DNA of 64,000 nucleotides from an uncultured Candidatus Saccharibacteria bacterium (GTDB taxonomy: Bacteria > Patescibacteriota > Minisyncoccia > Minisyncoccales > UBA5738): the NCBI GenBank assembly GCA_964470995.1, contig CAYYEP010000003.1, positions 16,682 to 80,681 of the forward strand, given 5' to 3'. Below, one piece after another: positions 1-9,245 of this stretch (the stretch's first letter is position 1; every line of letters starts with the position of its first letter). The notes below the pieces were generated by a model, which saw only the letters and a program-made list of their open reading frames with translations, ran no database searches and was not told the origin of the DNA. A program made the translations under genes and the position numbers.

Positions 1-170
1 TTGGGTGGGTTAAAATACACTATTGCAGTAATTGTTTGGCGGTTGTTAATATCGTTTTAAAGCAGTCCAAACTTAAAAATTACCTCAAAAGGCGATTTAT
101 GGGGCACATAGATCGGATTTTAATTCTGCCCATTTTGTTTTGTTAATAATTCTTTGCAGTTAGTAAACCT

Positions 171-2285
171 ATGGAACACAAAATCACCAAAGTACAAAAG
201 CGTGACGGCCGGATCGTTGATTTCGATTTTGCGCGCATTGCCAACGCGATTTTTAAAGCGATCACTGCTACCGGCCAGGGCGACGAAGTAAAGGCTAAAA
301 AGATCGCCGCCGATGCCGAAAAAATTTTCAACCGCCGCTTTAAGAAGAATGAGATCCCCAGTGTGGAACAGATTCAGGACATCATCGAAGAAGTGTTGAT
401 TATGGATGGGCTGGTGGAAACCGCCAAAGCTTATATTCTTTACCGCGAACAGCGCCGCCGCATTCGTGAAACTGCCGTGGCCACCGACGAAGCGGTAGAT
501 AAAGTTGACCAGTATTTGGAAAAACTTGATTGGGAAGTCCAAGAGAACGCCAATATGGCTTTTTCTCTTCAGGGACTTAACCACTACGGCGTGTCCTATA
601 TTGTCAAAAGATATTGGCTGAATAAGATTTATCCCAAAGAAGTTCGCGAAGCTAATGAGTCGGGCGATTTTCATCTTCATAATCTTGATTCGTTGGCTCC
701 CTATTGTTCCGGTTGGGACTTGTACGACTTTTTAAAGAGGGGATTCGGCGGTGTCGCGGGAAAACTTGAATCCAAACCTCCGAAGCATTTTCGTAGCGTA
801 CTTGGCCAGGCGGTAAACTTTATTTACACTTTGTCGGGCGAAGTAGCCGGCGCGGTATCGTTTTCGAATTTTGATACTCTTGTGGCGCCGTTCATCCGAT
901 ACGATAATTTAAGCTATCCCCAGGTCAAACAGGCTATGCAGGAATTCCTGTTTAATATGGCAACGCCAACGCGCGTCGGTTTCCAATGTCCGTTCTCCAA
1001 TGTGACATTGGATCTCACTCCATCGCCGTCGTTTGCCAAGCAGCCGGTCATTATCGGCGGCGAGCCGCAAAACGAAATTTACGGCGATTTCCAGGAGGAA
1101 ATGAATATGTTTAATAAAGCCTTCTACGAAGTGATGCTGGAAGGCGATAAGAATCAGCGTGTGTTTACTTTTCCAATCCCGACGGTGAGTATTACCAAGA
1201 ATTTTGATTGGAACAATCCCAGCCTTGAACCGATGTGGGAAGCGACCGCCAAATACGGCATTAACTACTTTACCAATTATATCAACTCCGATATGAATCC
1301 CGAAGACGTACGGTCGATGTGTTGCCGTCTGCGGCTTGATATGACCGAACTGCATAATCGTGGTGGCGGTTTGTTCGGCGCCGGGGCTCTAACCGGTTCT
1401 ATCGGGGTGGTGACGATCAATATGCCGCGTCTTGGCTATCTGTCTAAAACCAAAAAAGAGTTTTTTGAGCGCTTAAGCCACCTGATGGATCTTGCCAAAG
1501 AAAGTCTTGAGCTGAAGCGCAAGGTCATTGAAAACTATATCGACAAGGGATTATATCCCTATTCGCGCCACTATCTTTCCAACGTCAAAAAAGCGCGCGG
1601 CCAGTATTATGGCAATCATTTTTCCACTATCGGCCTTAGCGGTATGAACGAAATGCTTATGAATTTTCTAGGCGAAAATATTGCCTCCAAAAAGGGGAGG
1701 GTATTCGCTCTCGAGGTAATGAATTTTATGCGCGAACGCATGGTAGAATTCCAGCGTGAAACCGGCAACATTTACAACCTTGAAGCCACCCCCGCGGAAT
1801 CCACTTCTTACCGTCTATGCTTGAAGGATAAGGCTAAATATCCCGACATAATCGCGGCCGGTACCAAGAAAAGCCCGTATTACACCAACTCATCGCAACT
1901 TCCGGTAAATTTCACCGACGACGTGTTCGAGGCTCTCAAATTGCAAGATGAAATCCAGTGCCGTTATAACGGCGGCACGGTTCAGCATTTGTTCCTGGGC
2001 GAGCGGTTGAATGATACTCAAAGCGTCAAGGCTCTGGTGCGCAAAGTATTCGAGAAATTCCGCCTGCCATATATCACGCTTACGCCGACTTTCTCAATCT
2101 GTCCGACGCATGGCTATATTGAGGGCGAGCACTTTACTTGCCCCAAATGCACCATAGAACAGCCCTGTGAAGTTTATACCCGCGTAGTGGGCTATCTGCG
2201 CCCGGTAGGACAGTTTAATCTGGGCAAACAGCAGGAATACAAAGACCGCAAAGAATACAAAGTCAAAAAAGAATCTCTGGCCTAA
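171..2285 (+). CDS. nrdD: Anaerobic (class III) ribonucleoside-triphosphate reductase with N-terminal ATP-cone
   Basis: VQKRDGRIVDFD ATP-cone; SMCCRL catalytic loop; EATPAES; C-terminal CPTHG..CPKC Zn site and YTRVVGYLRP glycyl-radical motif. Confidence 0.96.
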   Translation: MEHKITKVQKRDGRIVDFDFARIANAIFKAITATGQGDEVKAKKIAADAEKIFNRRFKKNEIPSVEQIQDIIEEVLIMDGLVETAKAYILYREQRRRIRETAVATDEAVDKVDQYLEKLDWEVQENANMAFSLQGLNHYGVSYIVKRYWLNKIYPKEVREANESGDFHLHNLDSLAPYCSGWDLYDFLKRGFGGVAGKLESKPPKHFRSVLGQAVNFIYTLSGEVAGAVSFSNFDTLVAPFIRYDNLSYPQVKQAMQEFLFNMATPTRVGFQCPFSNVTLDLTPSPSFAKQPVIIGGEPQNEIYGDFQEEMNMFNKAFYEVMLEGDKNQRVFTFPIPTVSITKNFDWNNPSLEPMWEATAKYGINYFTNYINSDMNPEDVRSMCCRLRLDMTELHNRGGGLFGAGALTGSIGVVTINMPRLGYLSKTKKEFFERLSHLMDLAKESLELKRKVIENYIDKGLYPYSRHYLSNVKKARGQYYGNHFSTIGLSGMNEMLMNFLGENIASKKGRVFALEVMNFMRERMVEFQRETGNIYNLEATPAESTSYRLCLKDKAKYPDIIAAGTKKSPYYTNSSQLPVNFTDDVFEALKLQDEIQCRYNGGTVQHLFLGERLNDTQSVKALVRKVFEKFRLPYITLTPTFSICPTHGYIEGEHFTCPKCTIEQPCEVYTRVVGYLRPVGQFNLGKQQEYKDRKEYKVKKESLA

Positions 2286-2310
2286 TTTTTAGTGAAACGA
2301 TTTTTCAGTG

Positions 2311-2335
2311 AACCCCGGTATTTGCCGGGGTTTTT
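2311..2335 (+). terminator. Rho-independent terminator after nrdD
   Basis: aaccccggta-tt-tgccggggtt hairpin followed by a T run. Confidence 0.75.
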
Positions 2336-2376
2336 CGTTGGGTCAAAATAACTGCTCGCTTGGTTATTTGTGTTTT

Positions 2377-2414
2377 GGGGTCGTTCCTCGATTTAATCGT
2401 TGAGGTGTGACCTC
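2377..2414. repeat. Diverged REP-doublet hairpin (copy 1)
   Basis: ggggtcgttcctc...gaggtgtgacctc, flanked by tgtgtttt and aaattcgtatttt. Confidence 0.7.
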
Positions 2415-2610
2415 GGCAAATTCGTATTTTATCCTTATCTTTTCAGTGCTTGGTTGCGGGTGCAAATTTTATCCGGAAATTGATCCCTGACTTGTTTCTC
2501 GGAGCCAGCATTAAACCTAGCGGGATCAGGGTTCTTGAAGGATGATGAGTCTTCCTTGAAAGAAGGGTTTTTTTGTTCAATAATTAAAAATTATCCTACT
2601 AATCCGTAAA

Positions 2611-3741
2611 ATGGCAGACGATGTAAAAAAGGAAATATTCAGTATTGCGTTGCGCGCCGACATCGTCGCGCTTTTGCCGCGCAAGGTGCGCGCCGTTCTA
2701 AACGCTCTTGCCGGTGAACGCAACCTCCTTATCAAGGGCGGGATTGCCCGCTTGAGCCTGATGGCTCTAATCGAAAAGAAAGGTAAACTGGAAAACCCCA
2801 GCCGCCTTGATATCGAAAAGCGGATCGGAGATGTTGACCTGGCCTTCTGGCAATCCGGTTCGGGTCGCGATTTCCGGAGCGAATTGTGCCAAAAATATGC
2901 CGCCATTGCTCAAAAACTTTACGCGGTGGGCGTGGTTTTTGAGCCCAAGAACATCGATATTATCGATCTGGACGGAGGAAAGCCGCCCGTGGAAAAGATC
3001 TTTGATGCCACTGATCTGACTATCAATGAGGTTGCCCTGGGTTGTGAGGGCAATGTCTGGCGGATATATTACACAAGCCACGCTATCAAGCACATCGCCA
3101 CGGGTTGGGGCGTTTTTGTCCGCCCCAAACCGACCAATATCCGGACCGATGCCGGCCGCGTTTTTCCGTCGCCGCTGGGAATGGTGCGTCTGCTCAAATT
3201 CCTTGTTTCGGGCAAGGTTAAAAAGATTTACCTGCCGGTTCATTGGCGCAAGCTTTATTTTGCCGACTATGAGCGCAAGCTCAAAGAAGGGTTGCGCCAG
3301 CCCAATGCTCCGCTGGGTTTGCACTCGCTGGTCCTGATGAAAAATTACTTTGGTAATGACGACCGTCTGCAAAAAAAAGCGATGTTCGCGCTCTATGACC
3401 TTGGGTTCACTACGCTCCTGGATCCGGATCTTTTTATTCGCCAGCAGGAAGATATCTTTTCCCGGGCCAAGATGCGTTTTGAATTAAAAGACTTGGGATT
3501 TGATGATGTTTTTAATCGCTATCTGGAAGAAAAGAACCGCAAGTATCCGCAACGGCCTGCCGGCGCCGAACAATGCATGCATGTTTACGAACAAACCGCC
3601 TGCAATCTTTGCGGCAGGAGGGTTTGTGCTATCGAAGCTTGTAAGAACTGCGGTAAGGGCAAAAGCCGTCCGCCTATGGCCTGCACGGTCTGGATGCGCG
3701 AATGTCGCCTCGAACCTGAAGCTTTTTACGAAATAAAATAA
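2611..3741 (+). CDS. Divergent class II (CCA/poly(A) polymerase-like) nucleotidyltransferase with Cys-rich C-terminus
   Basis: KGGIAR..GDVDL (motif A-like), TDLTINEV (RDFTINA-like), SPLGMVRLLKF (EDPLRxxRxxRF-like); C-terminal CxH-CxxC-C-CxxC-C. Confidence 0.65.
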   Translation: MADDVKKEIFSIALRADIVALLPRKVRAVLNALAGERNLLIKGGIARLSLMALIEKKGKLENPSRLDIEKRIGDVDLAFWQSGSGRDFRSELCQKYAAIAQKLYAVGVVFEPKNIDIIDLDGGKPPVEKIFDATDLTINEVALGCEGNVWRIYYTSHAIKHIATGWGVFVRPKPTNIRTDAGRVFPSPLGMVRLLKFLVSGKVKKIYLPVHWRKLYFADYERKLKEGLRQPNAPLGLHSLVLMKNYFGNDDRLQKKAMFALYDLGFTTLLDPDLFIRQQEDIFSRAKMRFELKDLGFDDVFNRYLEEKNRKYPQRPAGAEQCMHVYEQTACNLCGRRVCAIEACKNCGKGKSRPPMACTVWMRECRLEPEAFYEIK

Positions 3742-3752
3742 ATTTCATTTCT

Positions 3753-3775
3753 AAACCGGGATGTCCGGTTTTTTT
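3753..3775 (+). terminator. Rho-independent terminator
   Basis: aaaccgg-gatgt-ccggttt followed by a T run. Confidence 0.7.
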
Positions 3776-3808
3776 ATCTTATTTTCACCTGCCGTACGTT
3801 TGTATTTT

Positions 3809-3846
3809 AAGGTCGTTCCTATGCGTACTCGCATAGGTGCGACCTT
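3809..3846. repeat. REP-doublet hairpin (copy 2)
   Basis: aaggtcgttcctatgcg-tact-cgcataggtgcgacctt, flanked by tgtatttt on both sides. Confidence 0.85.
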
Positions 3847-3889
3847 GCCAAACTTGTATTTTGGCCCACCTTCATCTCAACGACTATCC

Positions 3890-3918
3890 TTGACAAAATA
3901 ATCATAATGTGATATAGT
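3890..3918 (+). promoter_or_regulatory. Sigma70-type promoter for the second nucleotidyltransferase
   Basis: TTGACA-17 nt-TATAGT; AGGAGG ribosome-binding site at 3955-3960. Confidence 0.7.
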
Positions 3919-3971
3919 AATGACGTTTTCAGTACCTACTAGAAAAAATACGTTAGGAGGGTTGATATCGA

Positions 3972-5159
3972 ATGGAAATCGTTAGGAATGTTAGGGCGGT
4001 AGAGCTGTCGAACGCAACCATTAAGAGCCTGCCGGAGAATGTCAGACTGATTCTGAAAGCCGTTGAGAATAATGGGCAAAAGGTCGCCCTGGTGAAGGGC
4101 GGCAACGCCAGATTCGTACTGATTCACCTGCTGAAGGAGAAGGGTCTCTTCGCCGATGAGCTTAGATACGGTATCGAAAGCTGTGTCAACGATCTGGACA
4201 TCTGCCTGCTTCGAACCGACAGCTGGGAAAAGCAATCCCAGATGCTCAAGGAAGCCGGTGAAGCGATCCAGAAGGCTTTGGCCGCATTCGAAGTGACTTT
4301 GGAACCCAAGGACACAGAGTTTGTCGCCGCCAATAATCTTCCCGACGCGGTCAGAAAGATATTGACCTCGAGGGACCTGACCATCAATGAGGTGGTCCTG
4401 GTCTATGAGAACGGGGGGTGGTTTGTCCACTACACCGCCGAGTGTGCCGAAGATCTGAGCGCCGGTATTGGATTCCTGAATCCCCGCGCCGGGCTGGTCT
4501 GGTATGTGTGCGGCAAGGTTATCCCGTCGCCACTGGGAATCGCCCGGTTGGCCAAGTACCTGGTCAATGGAAGGGTGAATAAGATAGTCTTCCCCGAGTA
4601 CTACAGGCAACTGTATCTCGAGGAGATTGGCCGCAGAGTCGAGGGCAAAGACCTTCCCACGGGAGCGCACAAACTTCCCGAGGGCGGATCGCTGGGGCTT
4701 TATAGCCTGGTGCTGATGAAGCTCTACTGTCAGGGGAACGACAGCCGGCGGCGGGCAATGAGGATACTCAAGGAGCTGGGTCTTACCGACCTGGATGGCC
4801 CCGCCGCCTACATCCGCGAACAGGAGCTTCTGTTCAAGATGTACGGCAAGGACTTCGAGCTTCTCGACCTGACCTGGGACGAGATCATTGCCAAGCAGAA
4901 GCAGAGCAATGAGATGGTCAACAACGGCCGCAAGATCCGCAAGGACGCGCGAGCCGCCTGCGAACATCAAATGGTTCCGCAAACCTGCCCGGGCTGCGGC
5001 AACCGGTGCCAGATCGAGAAATGCACCAAATGTACCCAGGTGAAGTTCAAAGCGCCCCTGCCTTGTGTCGCGGCCCTGTTCGCCGGCAAGACCATGTGGG
5101 ATGCGGGAATGAAGGGCATTTTCTATGCCCCTAATCTGCCCAAGTTGATGGAAGGCTAA
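3972..5159 (+). CDS. Paralogous divergent class II nucleotidyltransferase with Cys-rich C-terminus
   Basis: VKGGNAR..NDLDI, SRDLTINEV, SPLGIARLAKY, SLGLYSLVLMK shared with 2611..3741; CEH..CPGC..C..CTKC..C. Confidence 0.68.
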   Translation: MEIVRNVRAVELSNATIKSLPENVRLILKAVENNGQKVALVKGGNARFVLIHLLKEKGLFADELRYGIESCVNDLDICLLRTDSWEKQSQMLKEAGEAIQKALAAFEVTLEPKDTEFVAANNLPDAVRKILTSRDLTINEVVLVYENGGWFVHYTAECAEDLSAGIGFLNPRAGLVWYVCGKVIPSPLGIARLAKYLVNGRVNKIVFPEYYRQLYLEEIGRRVEGKDLPTGAHKLPEGGSLGLYSLVLMKLYCQGNDSRRRAMRILKELGLTDLDGPAAYIREQELLFKMYGKDFELLDLTWDEIIAKQKQSNEMVNNGRKIRKDARAACEHQMVPQTCPGCGNRCQIEKCTKCTQVKFKAPLPCVAALFAGKTMWDAGMKGIFYAPNLPKLMEG

Positions 5160-5211
5160 ATCAGTCTATTTCCATCTCTTTTTTGTTTTAGGCCGTTTTT
5201 AGATTTTTTTA

Positions 5212-5249
5212 AAGGTCGTTCCTATGTGTAATCACATAGGTGCGACCTT
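5212..5249. repeat. REP-doublet hairpin (copy 3)
   Basis: aaggtcgttcctatgtg-taat-cacataggtgcgacctt then acaacttgcattt; compensatory change relative to copy 2. Confidence 0.85.
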
Positions 5250-5514
5250 GACAACTTGCATTTCTACCTCTAAGGCATTGCTTGACATTTTTCAAGGGTT
5301 TATCAATAATCTATGCCGAGGGTCCAAAATGGCCATATTGATAGGCAGAGCGGTACCAGCTAAGGGACGTCTCGAAAGAGATGTCTTTTATCGGCTTGGT
5401 GAGGAGGGTCCATTCCAACGAATCGGTACTCTGTATTTTTCCATCCGTTATCATTTGAATGGTAGTTGCGGTTCGCCGCCAAAGTTATATTATGAATTAT
5501 TAAACTCTCTCGCT

Positions 5515-6225
5515 ATGAAAATCTGCGCCTTGCAAAAAACGACTTTAATCGACTATCCCGGCCGTGTGGCGGCCACGGTTTTTACCGCGGGTTGTAATTT
5601 TCGTTGCCCCTGGTGCTATTCCAAGGAGTTGGTTCTGCCCGAATTGATCGCGTCCCAGCCGGTTATTTCCGAAGAAGATATCCTCGAATTTTTTGAAGGT
5701 AAAAAGGGTTTGCTTGAAGGCGTAGTCTTGTGCGGCGGCGAGCCTACCTTGCATCCGGACCTGCCACAATTCATCAAAAAGATCAAAGACCTGGGATTTG
5801 AAGTGAAGCTTGACAGCAACGGTTCCAATCCTAAAATGCTCAAGGATCTTATTAATGCCAAGCTCATTGATTACGTTGCTATGGATATTAAGCTTCCCAA
5901 GGAGCGGTATTCGTCATTGTTTGCTGCTCCGATTTCAACCGGGAATATCGAAGAAAGCATAAAGATATTGAAAAATTCCGGCATTGGTTTTGAATTCCGC
6001 ACCACGGTCGCTCCCGGCGTGCATACCACCGATGATCTTGAGAATATGGCTCGTTGGATAGGGGAAGGCGTGCCCGGCCCAAAACCAAAGTACTTCCTGC
6101 AGAATTTCCGTCCTGGCCGCAACATCGATCTGTCATTTGAAACGCGCCGCCCATTTCCGCCTGAATTTTTCAAAGAGGCCGAAATAAAGATTAAACCTTA
6201 TGTTTCCGAAATTGGTATTAGATAG
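5515..6225 (+). CDS. nrdG: Anaerobic RNR activating radical-SAM protein
   Basis: MKICALQKTTLIDYPG start, GCNFRCPWC radical-SAM motif, GGEPT, FEFRTT; near nrdD. Start moved to ATG 5515. Confidence 0.9.
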   Translation: MKICALQKTTLIDYPGRVAATVFTAGCNFRCPWCYSKELVLPELIASQPVISEEDILEFFEGKKGLLEGVVLCGGEPTLHPDLPQFIKKIKDLGFEVKLDSNGSNPKMLKDLINAKLIDYVAMDIKLPKERYSSLFAAPISTGNIEESIKILKNSGIGFEFRTTVAPGVHTTDDLENMARWIGEGVPGPKPKYFLQNFRPGRNIDLSFETRRPFPPEFFKEAEIKIKPYVSEIGIR

Positions 6226-6251
6226 ATTCGAATTATTTGGGGAGGCGGGTA

Positions 6252-7754
6252 ATGGTTTTGGCAAAAATTTTTTTGAATAACTGCCTGGCATTCCTGGCCG
6301 GGGTGGGGCTGGCTTCGTTGATTAAAATATCCTCGGTTTTGATTTTGGCCGCGGCATTTCTTGCCGCGTTTTTGTTCGCCGCCGGCCTCTTTGTCCGAAA
6401 ACGCCGGGTTTGCGTTGCCGGAATCCTGCTGGCCGGATTTGTTTCGGGTTTTTTGCATTTTGATTTAGCCTGGTTGCGGACGCTCAATAACGATTTGGCT
6501 CGGCTTTCCGGCCAAACAGTTGTTGTTTCGGGCATTGTTGTCAACGATCCGGTATCCAATGGCAATAGCCTGCAGTTGGTCTTTCTTCCCGATGGCGCCA
6601 GCGGTAAGATTCTGGTTTTAACCCGTCCGTATCCGCAATACCAATACGGCGACCGGTTAAAATTTACCGCCAAACTGGAAACGCCGCAAAGCTTCTCGGG
6701 TTTCGATTACCAAAACTATCTTACCAAAGACGGCATTTATTCTATGGTCCGTTATCCGGAGCTTGAATTGATTTCGCCGGATAACGGCAATCCGGTCTAT
6801 GCCGGATTGCTTTGGTTCAAGCATAAGCTTATGAATGGGATAGGACAGGCCTTGCCCGCGCCCCATAATTCGTTGCTTGTTGCCATTCTTTTTGGCGATC
6901 AAAGCGGTCTTTCCGGCTGTGCTGCCAAAGATACGGAAGCCGATCCTGATTGCGCCAAATTAAAAGAAAAGCTCAATATTTCCGGCCTGCGCCACTTGGC
7001 CGCGGTTTCCGGTACCCATATTACCATCATGGCCGGAATTATCGCGCCATTCTTGGTCTGGCTTGGGTTTTGGCGCCAAAAAGCACTTTTGGCCACGCTG
7101 GTTTTTATTTGGTGCTTTATTTTAATGATCGGCCTGCCCGCATCTGCGGTGCGGGCGGGAGTCATGGGTAGTTTAATTATCCTGGCTCAAATTATCGGCC
7201 GTCCCGCGGATTATCTGCGCCTGGTTGCCATCGCCGCCGCGTTTATGGTTGCCCAAAACCCTTTGATTTTGCGTTTTGATATCGGCTTCCAGCTGTCTTT
7301 TTTAGCGGTATTGGGTATGGCTTGTTTTGCCAAACCCATTGGGTTTAAATTGGGAAAATTCGTTAAAAAACCCGAATTCCTGCGTCAGGGTTTGGCGGTA
7401 ACCTTGGCGGCGCAAATCTTTACCTTGCCAGTTCTGGTTTATAATTTTGGCTATGTTTCTCCCTACGCGCCGATCAGCAATATTTTAGTCGAGCCGTTTG
7501 TGCCGTTTATTACGATTTACGGTTTTATTTTGGCGATTGCCGCCGCGTTCAATTTTATCTTGGGATGGCTGTTATTTTTTCCGATGTGGCTGGCGCTTTC
7601 ATATTTGCTTGTTGTTGCCGGCCTTTTTGCGTCTTTGCCTGGAGCCGCGCTGAATTTTAAGGTCGGATTTTTCTGGCTGGCGGTTTCGTATGTTCTTTTG
7701 GCTTTGGTTGCCCGGAAGATTAAAAGAAAAGAGAGGTTGGAATTTTTAAGATAG
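6252..7754 (+). CDS. comEC: ComEC/Rec2 competence membrane protein (DUF4131 + Competence domain, no beta-lactamase domain)
   Basis: SGLRHLAAVSGTH, SAVRAGVM, DIGFQLSFLA motifs; FDYQNYL. Confidence 0.9.
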   Translation: MVLAKIFLNNCLAFLAGVGLASLIKISSVLILAAAFLAAFLFAAGLFVRKRRVCVAGILLAGFVSGFLHFDLAWLRTLNNDLARLSGQTVVVSGIVVNDPVSNGNSLQLVFLPDGASGKILVLTRPYPQYQYGDRLKFTAKLETPQSFSGFDYQNYLTKDGIYSMVRYPELELISPDNGNPVYAGLLWFKHKLMNGIGQALPAPHNSLLVAILFGDQSGLSGCAAKDTEADPDCAKLKEKLNISGLRHLAAVSGTHITIMAGIIAPFLVWLGFWRQKALLATLVFIWCFILMIGLPASAVRAGVMGSLIILAQIIGRPADYLRLVAIAAAFMVAQNPLILRFDIGFQLSFLAVLGMACFAKPIGFKLGKFVKKPEFLRQGLAVTLAAQIFTLPVLVYNFGYVSPYAPISNILVEPFVPFITIYGFILAIAAAFNFILGWLLFFPMWLALSYLLVVAGLFASLPGAALNFKVGFFWLAVSYVLLALVARKIKRKERLEFLR

Positions 7755-7880
7755 AATAACGATTCGCAGGATGATCTTTTTTTGTTATTATCTAAATAGG
7801 ACTTTCTTGTTTGTTTTTTAAAATGGGCCTACGCGAATTTTTGCACCGCGGGTCTAATATAATTTAGGAAGTTCCAAAGA

Positions 7881-9194
7881 ATGGAAGGTCAGGCTTGGAT
7901 AGTCAGTGTTAATATGGGTTACGGGCATCAGCGGACCGCTTATCCGCTCAAGAGCTTCGCGTACAACGATAAAGTTCTTAACGCCAACGATTACGACGGC
8001 ATTCCGGCCCGCGACCGCCAAATCTGGGAAGGAAGCCGCCGTTTTTACGAGGGGATTTCCAAGTTCAAGCGCACTCCGGTTATCGGCGATGCCGCCTTTG
8101 CTTTATACGACAAACTCTTCCAGAAGATATTTGATTTTTATCCGCGCCGGGATTTGTCGCGGGCAACTTTCCTGACTAACCGCAATTACGATCTGATCCA
8201 CAAAGGTTGGGGTAGGGATATCATCACCAAAATGGCTCGCCATCCGTTGCCGCTGGTAACCACCTTTTTCATTCCGGCCTTTATGGCCGAGGAATTCGAT
8301 TATCCCAACGAAATATACCTTATTGTTTGCGATGCCGACGTCAGCCGCCAGTGGGTTGCGCGCGACCCTTTGCGTAGCCGGATTAACTACTGCGCGCCCA
8401 ATTCCCGCGTTTATGAACGATTAAAGCTTTACGGCGTATCTAAAAAACGCCTGTTTTTGACCGGTTATCCATTGCCGGAAGATAATATTTCCACGGGTAA
8501 GGGCAAGGCCTTCTGGGAAATGAACATTGCCAAGCACGATCTTGCCCGGCGCTTGATCAATTTGGATCCGACGGGCGCCTATCTTTCCAAATACCGCGAA
8601 TTTGTTGAAAAAGTTTTAGGCGAATTGCCCCAGTCCGTAAAAAGGCCCCTAACGGTTATGTTTTCCGCGGGTGGCGCCGGCGCGCAGAGCGAGATCGGCA
8701 TAAACCTCGCGCGCCAATTTGCGGGCAAAATTAAAGATGGCCGCATGAGGTTAGTGCTTTCGGTTGGCATAAATCAGGGGCTAAAAGATAAATTTTCCGT
8801 TTTTGTCAATAGCTTGGGGCTTGGAGACTCTCCTTTTATGGAGATTCTTTATGAGAATGACGTGCAGGAATATTTTGGCCGCTTTAACGAAATACTGCGC
8901 CAGACCGATATCTTATGGACCAAACCCAGTGAATTGTCTTTTTATTCGGCACTTGGTTTGCCCGTTATTATCGCGCCGCCGATCGGCTCCCAGGAAAACT
9001 TTAACAAAGGCTGGTTGCTCCGTTCGGGTTTTGGCCTGGAGCAGGGAAGTATCAATTGTATCGACCAATGGTTGTCCGACTGGCTCAACAGCGGTTATTT
9101 GGCCGAAGCGGCTATGGAAGGTTTTGTCGAGGGGGAAAAGTTGGGAACCTACCATATCAGGCGGCTGGTTTCCAACAAGGGCTGCCTGAACTGA
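7881..9194 (+). CDS. GT-B fold glycosyltransferase-like protein (MGDG synthase/GT28-like)
   Basis: VNMGYGHQR N-terminal motif; TKPSELSFY..LGLP; GSQENFN. Confidence 0.6.
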   Translation: MEGQAWIVSVNMGYGHQRTAYPLKSFAYNDKVLNANDYDGIPARDRQIWEGSRRFYEGISKFKRTPVIGDAAFALYDKLFQKIFDFYPRRDLSRATFLTNRNYDLIHKGWGRDIITKMARHPLPLVTTFFIPAFMAEEFDYPNEIYLIVCDADVSRQWVARDPLRSRINYCAPNSRVYERLKLYGVSKKRLFLTGYPLPEDNISTGKGKAFWEMNIAKHDLARRLINLDPTGAYLSKYREFVEKVLGELPQSVKRPLTVMFSAGGAGAQSEIGINLARQFAGKIKDGRMRLVLSVGINQGLKDKFSVFVNSLGLGDSPFMEILYENDVQEYFGRFNEILRQTDILWTKPSELSFYSALGLPVIIAPPIGSQENFNKGWLLRSGFGLEQGSINCIDQWLSDWLNSGYLAEAAMEGFVEGEKLGTYHIRRLVSNKGCLN

Positions 9195-9245
9195 TTATCT
9201 GTATTATTTATAAATCGCGATTCAACGTTTTGCGATTCATTATCT

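Noticed and set aside
1-170. NrdR boxes upstream of nrdD
   Set aside because: acactat at 17-23 matches only one half of the consensus and no tandem pair is visible.
2540-2570. Hammerhead ribozyme suggested by tgatgag..gaaa
   Set aside because: The core is not CTGANGA, and GAAA falls inside the hairpin loop rather than after stem II.
3939-4982. 347-aa minus-strand ORF (and others such as 10320..11345, 15372..16256, 58828..59589)
   Set aside because: They are shadows of well-supported plus-strand genes and have no motifs.
2377-5249. Classical integron attC sites
   Set aside because: The hairpins lack RYYYAAC/GTTRRRY ends and there is no tyrosine integrase in the window. Their core matches the RAYT REP instead.
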